Assembly: GCA_964609495.1 (NCBI GenBank)
Contig: CAZSTA010000008.1
Location: 1 to 39,102, forward strand
Source of the DNA: an uncultured bacterium
Lineage (GTDB): Bacteria; CAZSTA01
Direction of reading: 5' to 3'
DNA: 39,102 bases
A program made the translations under genes and the position numbers. Under the pieces are notes generated by a model that made no database searches, was not told the origin of the DNA, and worked only from the letters and a program-made list of their open reading frames with translations. Of this stretch, positions 34,796 to 39,102 are shown piece by piece (position 1 is the first letter of the stretch; every line of letters starts with the position of its first letter).

Positions 34796-37700
34796 ATGTT
34801 TAAGAAACTAGGTTTGTCGATATTAATCTTCTTCCTTATATCGCCCCTCGTATTGTTTCTAGGAAGCAATATAGCTTATACTGGTGAGCTTGATCCAGCA
34901 CTTGTGGAAGAGCTTAATAATATCCAGCCGAAAGATAAGATCAGCGTTATAGTTTATATGAGAAGACAAGCGGATCTAAGAGGGATAAAAGGAGATCCTG
35001 CTGCTGTTATCAGAACGCTCCAATCCACCTCCAACCTCGACCAGGATGATATCAACACCTATTTGGAAGAGCAACAGAAGTTGGGGAATGTAGAGAAAAT
35101 CGAAAAATATTGGATCTTCAACGGGCTGGCTGTAACTGCTACTAAGGAGGTAATTGAAGAAATCGGGGTGAGAGCGGATGTAGAATGGGTTTTCAATGAT
35201 GAGCTTATCTCTATTCCTCCTGAGCCGGATCCTGCTCCTGATGAGATTCGGAGTGGAGCCGAATGGAACATCTCGAAGGTTCGGGCTCCTGAAGTCTGGG
35301 ATTTAGGATATGATGGTTCGGGAGTGGTAGTAGCTAATATCGATTCTGGGGTAGATTATACTCATCCAGATTTGGCCAGTAAATATCGTGGAGGGAGCAA
35401 TAGCTGGTATGATGCGGTAAATGGTCAGTCTAATCCTTATGACGATTATGGTCATGGGACGCACACGATGGGGACTATAGTAGGAGGGAATGCTGGTGGG
35501 TCGCATATAGGGGTAGCTCCTGGTGCTACCTGGATAGCAGCCAAAGCTTTGAATTCCGATGGGTCCGGCAGTAGCTTAGATATACTTTCATGTATGCAGT
35601 GGGTGATGGATCCCGATGGCGATCCTAATACTAGAGATGAACCCAAAGTAGTCAATAACTCCTGGGGAGGTAGTGGATGTAGTACTATATATCAAGCGAG
35701 CGTTCAGGCTTGGGTAGCCGCGGGAATCTTTCCTTGCTTCTCCATTGGCAATTCTGGCCCCACTCCAGGAAGCGCTGAACGCCCAGGGAATTACCCGGAG
35801 TCTTTCTCCGTTGGAGCAACTGATAGTTCTGATGTGATAGCATCTTTCAGCAGTCGAGGGCCATCTCCATGTAATGGTGAGATCAAGCCCGAGGTTAGCG
35901 CTCCCGGAGTTAATATCCTCTCATCGATTCCCGGAGGATATGGTTATAGTGATGGGACCTCTATGGCTGCTCCTCATGTTGCAGGAGGAGTGGCTCTCCT
36001 TCTTAGTGCTGATCCCAGCTTGAGCATAGATCAGCTCAAGCAACGTTTACAGGAAGGAGCTGTCGAGCTGGGCTCTCCGGGAGAGGATAATGATTATGGT
36101 TGGGGTCGTATCGATCTCTATAATTCACTTCCAGTTCCTCCTCCCTCCCCTCCCACTTTGCTTTCACCAACTAATGGTTCGACAACGAATGACAATACAC
36201 CAACCTTCGATTGGAGTGATGTGAGCGGAGCAGTTGAGTATCAGCTTCTAGTGGATAACAACAGCAATTTCAGTAGTCCAGAGATAGATATTACTACTTC
36301 TTCAAGCACCTATACTCCTACTGATGCCTTAGCTGATGATACCTACTATTGGAAAGTAAGAGCTAAGAATAGCTCTGGGATCTGGGGAGATTATAGCGGA
36401 ACTTGGTCCTTTACTATTGATACTCCATTACCCAATCCTCCCACTTTGATATCTCCTACTAATGGTTCAACGATATCTGATAATACCCCCGCTTTTGATT
36501 GGAGTGATGTGAGCGGAGCAGTTGAGTATCAGCTTCTAGTAGATAATGACAGCAATTTCAGTAGTCCAGAGATAGATATTACTACTTCTTCAAGCACTTA
36601 TACTCCTACTATTGCGTTAACTGATGGAACTTACTACTGGAAGGTGAAAGCGAAGGATGGCTCACTAAATTGGAGTGATTATAGCGATAGCTGGGACTTC
36701 ACAATAGATACTAGTAACCCTAACCCTACCCAGTATTGGGCGGTGATCGCGGGAATATCTGTCTATCAATATATAAACAATCTCGAATATTGCGATGATG
36801 ATGCTCAAGATATCTATAACGCTCTTATCACCAAGGATAATTGGGATGCCAGCAGGATGAAGCTCCTCATCGATTCTGCCGCAAGCAAGTCGGGAATCCA
36901 GAACTGGATAAATTGGGCAGGGAGTCAGATGGACTCCAACGATGTATTCCTATTCACCTTCTCAGGACATGGCACAAATGGCACTGATATAGCTCCTATT
37001 GATGAAACTGATGGGCTGGATGAATATATCTGCCCCTATGATATGTCTTCTCTCAGTAGCGCGATAAGGGATGACGAGCTGAGCGATTGGTTGGGGGCTT
37101 TGCCAACTACGAATATAGCTGTTATTCTCGACACTTGTTATAGCGGCGGTCAGATTAAGATCGGGGACGCTAAAGATAAATTTACTATAAAGACCATTGC
37201 TGATTTGAAATCTAGAGTAGGTAAGGATGATGGCTTTGCTAAAGATCTAGATGACCTTCTAGGCTCGGTGGCTATCACCGCTTGCGATGATGATGAGTAT
37301 TCCTATGAAAGTAGTGGACTTGGGAACGGGGTCTTCTGCTACTATGTAATTGAGGGATTAGAAGGGGAGGCTGATTCTAACAGCGATAATCAGATTAGTG
37401 TTGAGGAAGTTTTCGATTATGCGGATCCTTTAACTAGGGCTTACGCGCCTCAGAATCCCCAGATCTCTGATCGATACCCCGGAGAATTGGTCATCTCTAT
37501 TGGAGGTGGAGGTGTAAGCGATGCAATCGCTCGCGTGGAGATAGATCACACTTGGAGAGGGGATTTAGTCGTCAAGGTAGGAGTTGGTGATCCAGCTAGT
37601 CCTGATTGGGTGACAATCGTCTCCGATCGCGAAGGAGGATCTGCTGATAATATCTATACCGATGTCGATATCTTAGGTGGTTTAGCATACTTACCTCCTA

Positions 37701-39102
37701 GCCTTGCTAATCGCTGGTTCCTAGAGGTCTCCGATGAGGCATATCAGGATACAGGAACTATTCAAACTTTCAGGATAGAATATGAAGGTCAGGCTTATAT
37801 TTCCGATGATCCACCAGTTCCGATAGAAGATTATCAAACCTCGTATGCTTACATTCCTTCCGCGCAATATAGTTGGTATTTTGGACAGGGATATGGAGCG
37901 CCTGGCTGGCAAACTTATGTGATGATGGTTAATCCCCACGCCTATGTAGTGAACTACAACGCTACCTTCTACAAGGAGGGAGGAGGGACAGCAACTGACT
38001 CTGGAATTATCAATCCCTATGCTCGAAAGACGATACCTGCTCATCTCCTCCCTGGCTTGGGAGATGCCTTCTGTGCCAAGATAGAGACGAGTGGGCCGAT
38101 AGTAGCCGAGCAACCGATGTATTGGAATTGGAGTGGGGGATTCCCTCAAGGAGGACACACTACCATCGGAGCACCTGAGTTATCAGATACCTGGTATTTT
38201 GGAGCAGGATTTGCAGGAACAGGTTGGCAGACTTACCTAATGATGTCTAATCCTCATAACTATTCAGTGAGCTACACCGCTACCTTCTACAAGGAAGGAG
38301 GAGGAACAGCAACTGACGCTGGGACCATCAATCCCTATTCTCGAAAGACGATACCTGCTCATCTCCTCCCCGAATTGGTAGGTTATCCCTTCTCGGCGAA
38401 GATAGAGACGAGTGCGCCGATAGTAGCGGAGAGACCAATGTATTGGAACTGGAGTGGGGGCTTCCCACAAGGAGGACATACCACTATAGGAGCACCTGAA
38501 TTATCACAAACTTGGTATTTTGGACAGGGATTTGGAAAGAGTGGCTGGCAGACTTATGTGATGATGGTTAATCCCCACGATTATGAAGTGACCTATGATG
38601 CTTACTTCTACAAGGAGGGAGGAGGAACAGTAGAAGATCATGGAACTATCGCTCCCAATGCTCGAAAGACGATACCTGCTCATCTCCTCCCTGGCTTGGG
38701 AGATGCCTTCTGTGCCAAGATAGAGACGAGTGGGCCGATAGTAGCCGAGCAACCGATGTATTGGAATTGGAGTGGGGGATTCCCCCAAGGAGGACATACC
38801 ACCATCGGAGCACCTGAGTTATCAGATACCTGGTATTTTGGACAGGGCTATGGAGGGAGTGGCTGGCAAACCTATGTGATGATGACTAATCCCCATAGCT
38901 ATGCAGTGAACTACACTGCTTACTTCTACAAGGAGGGAGGAGGGACAGTAACTGACTCTGGGACCATCAATCCCAATGCTCGAAAGACGATACCTGCTCA
39001 TCTCCTCCCTGGCTTGGGAGATGCCTTCTGTGCCAAGATAGAGACGAGTGGGCCGATAGTAGCCGAGCAACCGATGTATTGGAATTGGAGTGGGGGATTC
39101 CC
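34796..39102 (+). CDS. Large secreted multidomain protease: S8 subtilase, two FN3-like, C14 caspase-like, P-like domain, tandem ~106-aa repeats (3'-truncated; absent from the ORF track)
   Basis: RBS AGGAGG at 34782 and ATG at 34796; manual translation found no stop before the window end. S8 triad IDSG (35342), HGTH (35453), GTSMA (Ser 35960); caspase dyad SGHG (His 36968) and DTC (Cys 37136); IDHTWRGDL; four WYFG repeats. Confidence 0.93.
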   Translation, partial: MFKKLGLSILIFFLISPLVLFLGSNIAYTGELDPALVEELNNIQPKDKISVIVYMRRQADLRGIKGDPAAVIRTLQSTSNLDQDDINTYLEEQQKLGNVEKIEKYWIFNGLAVTATKEVIEEIGVRADVEWVFNDELISIPPEPDPAPDEIRSGAEWNISKVRAPEVWDLGYDGSGVVVANIDSGVDYTHPDLASKYRGGSNSWYDAVNGQSNPYDDYGHGTHTMGTIVGGNAGGSHIGVAPGATWIAAKALNSDGSGSSLDILSCMQWVMDPDGDPNTRDEPKVVNNSWGGSGCSTIYQASVQAWVAAGIFPCFSIGNSGPTPGSAERPGNYPESFSVGATDSSDVIASFSSRGPSPCNGEIKPEVSAPGVNILSSIPGGYGYSDGTSMAAPHVAGGVALLLSADPSLSIDQLKQRLQEGAVELGSPGEDNDYGWGRIDLYNSLPVPPPSPPTLLSPTNGSTTNDNTPTFDWSDVSGAVEYQLLVDNNSNFSSPEIDITTSSSTYTPTDALADDTYYWKVRAKNSSGIWGDYSGTWSFTIDTPLPNPPTLISPTNGSTISDNTPAFDWSDVSGAVEYQLLVDNDSNFSSPEIDITTSSSTYTPTIALTDGTYYWKVKAKDGSLNWSDYSDSWDFTIDTSNPNPTQYWAVIAGISVYQYINNLEYCDDDAQDIYNALITKDNWDASRMKLLIDSAASKSGIQNWINWAGSQMDSNDVFLFTFSGHGTNGTDIAPIDETDGLDEYICPYDMSSLSSAIRDDELSDWLGALPTTNIAVILDTCYSGGQIKIGDAKDKFTIKTIADLKSRVGKDDGFAKDLDDLLGSVAITACDDDEYSYESSGLGNGVFCYYVIEGLEGEADSNSDNQISVEEVFDYADPLTRAYAPQNPQISDRYPGELVISIGGGGVSDAIARVEIDHTWRGDLVVKVGVGDPASPDWVTIVSDREGGSADNIYTDVDILGGLAYLPPSLANRWFLEVSDEAYQDTGTIQTFRIEYEGQAYISDDPPVPIEDYQTSYAYIPSAQYSWYFGQGYGAPGWQTYVMMVNPHAYVVNYNATFYKEGGGTATDSGIINPYARKTIPAHLLPGLGDAFCAKIETSGPIVAEQPMYWNWSGGFPQGGHTTIGAPELSDTWYFGAGFAGTGWQTYLMMSNPHNYSVSYTATFYKEGGGTATDAGTINPYSRKTIPAHLLPELVGYPFSAKIETSAPIVAERPMYWNWSGGFPQGGHTTIGAPELSQTWYFGQGFGKSGWQTYVMMVNPHDYEVTYDAYFYKEGGGTVEDHGTIAPNARKTIPAHLLPGLGDAFCAKIETSGPIVAEQPMYWNWSGGFPQGGHTTIGAPELSDTWYFGQGYGGSGWQTYVMMTNPHSYAVNYTAYFYKEGGGTVTDSGTINPNARKTIPAHLLPGLGDAFCAKIETSGPIVAEQPMYWNWSGGF
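36140..36712 (+). repeat. Two tandem 288-bp FN3/Ig-like domain repeats in the protease gene
   Basis: PPTLxSPTNGS...FDWSDVSGAVEYQLLVD...TYYWKV occurs twice; identical DNA blocks begin at 36209 and 36497. Confidence 0.9.
37874..39102 (+). repeat. Four tandem 318/321-bp coding repeats (DUF5719-like), the last cut by the window edge
   Basis: Units start at 37874, 38192, 38513 and 38831; consensus WYFGxG...WQTYxMMxNP...PIVAExPMYWNWSGGFPQGGHTTIGAPELS. Confidence 0.92.

Noticed and set aside
35059-39070. Short minus-strand ORFs, including four similar ones between 37721 and 39070
   Set aside because: Antisense shadows of the large plus-strand protease; their similarity mirrors its repeats.
37874-39102. 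Possible diversity-generating retroelement template/variable repeats
   Set aside because: Differences are not confined to adenines, all units are in-frame coding, and no reverse transcriptase is in the window.

Overview
Bacterial chromosomal window of mostly housekeeping and envelope genes; LptA suggests a diderm, and MutS2 plus a coaX-dusB block suggest Terrabacteria. Left to right: an alpha/beta-hydrolase-MATE-aldehyde:ferredoxin oxidoreductase run; an amidohydrolase; a frameshifted exported FG-GAP protein; a coaX-dusB-conserved protein-nucleotidyltransferase operon; a PAS histidine kinase with a decayed receiver domain; lptA; a lipoprotein/TPR/roadblock/membrane cluster behind a consensus promoter; rimI; a PEGA protein; DPSL plus peroxiredoxin; mutS2; PBP1A with Cys/His repeats; and a CBS-protein-NUDIX-AI-2E operon. 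Two main observations. (1) An ORF missing from the track (34796 to the window end, at least 1435 aa) fuses a signal peptide, an intact subtilase, an intact caspase-like domain, a P-like domain and tandem ~106-aa repeats. (2) A 33-bp palindromic element occurs six times, both between genes and inside coding sequences in two reading frames. A second, longer REP-like family has G-quadruplex motifs. No rRNA, tRNA, CRISPR array or transposase was recognised. Family calls come from motif reading, not database searches.
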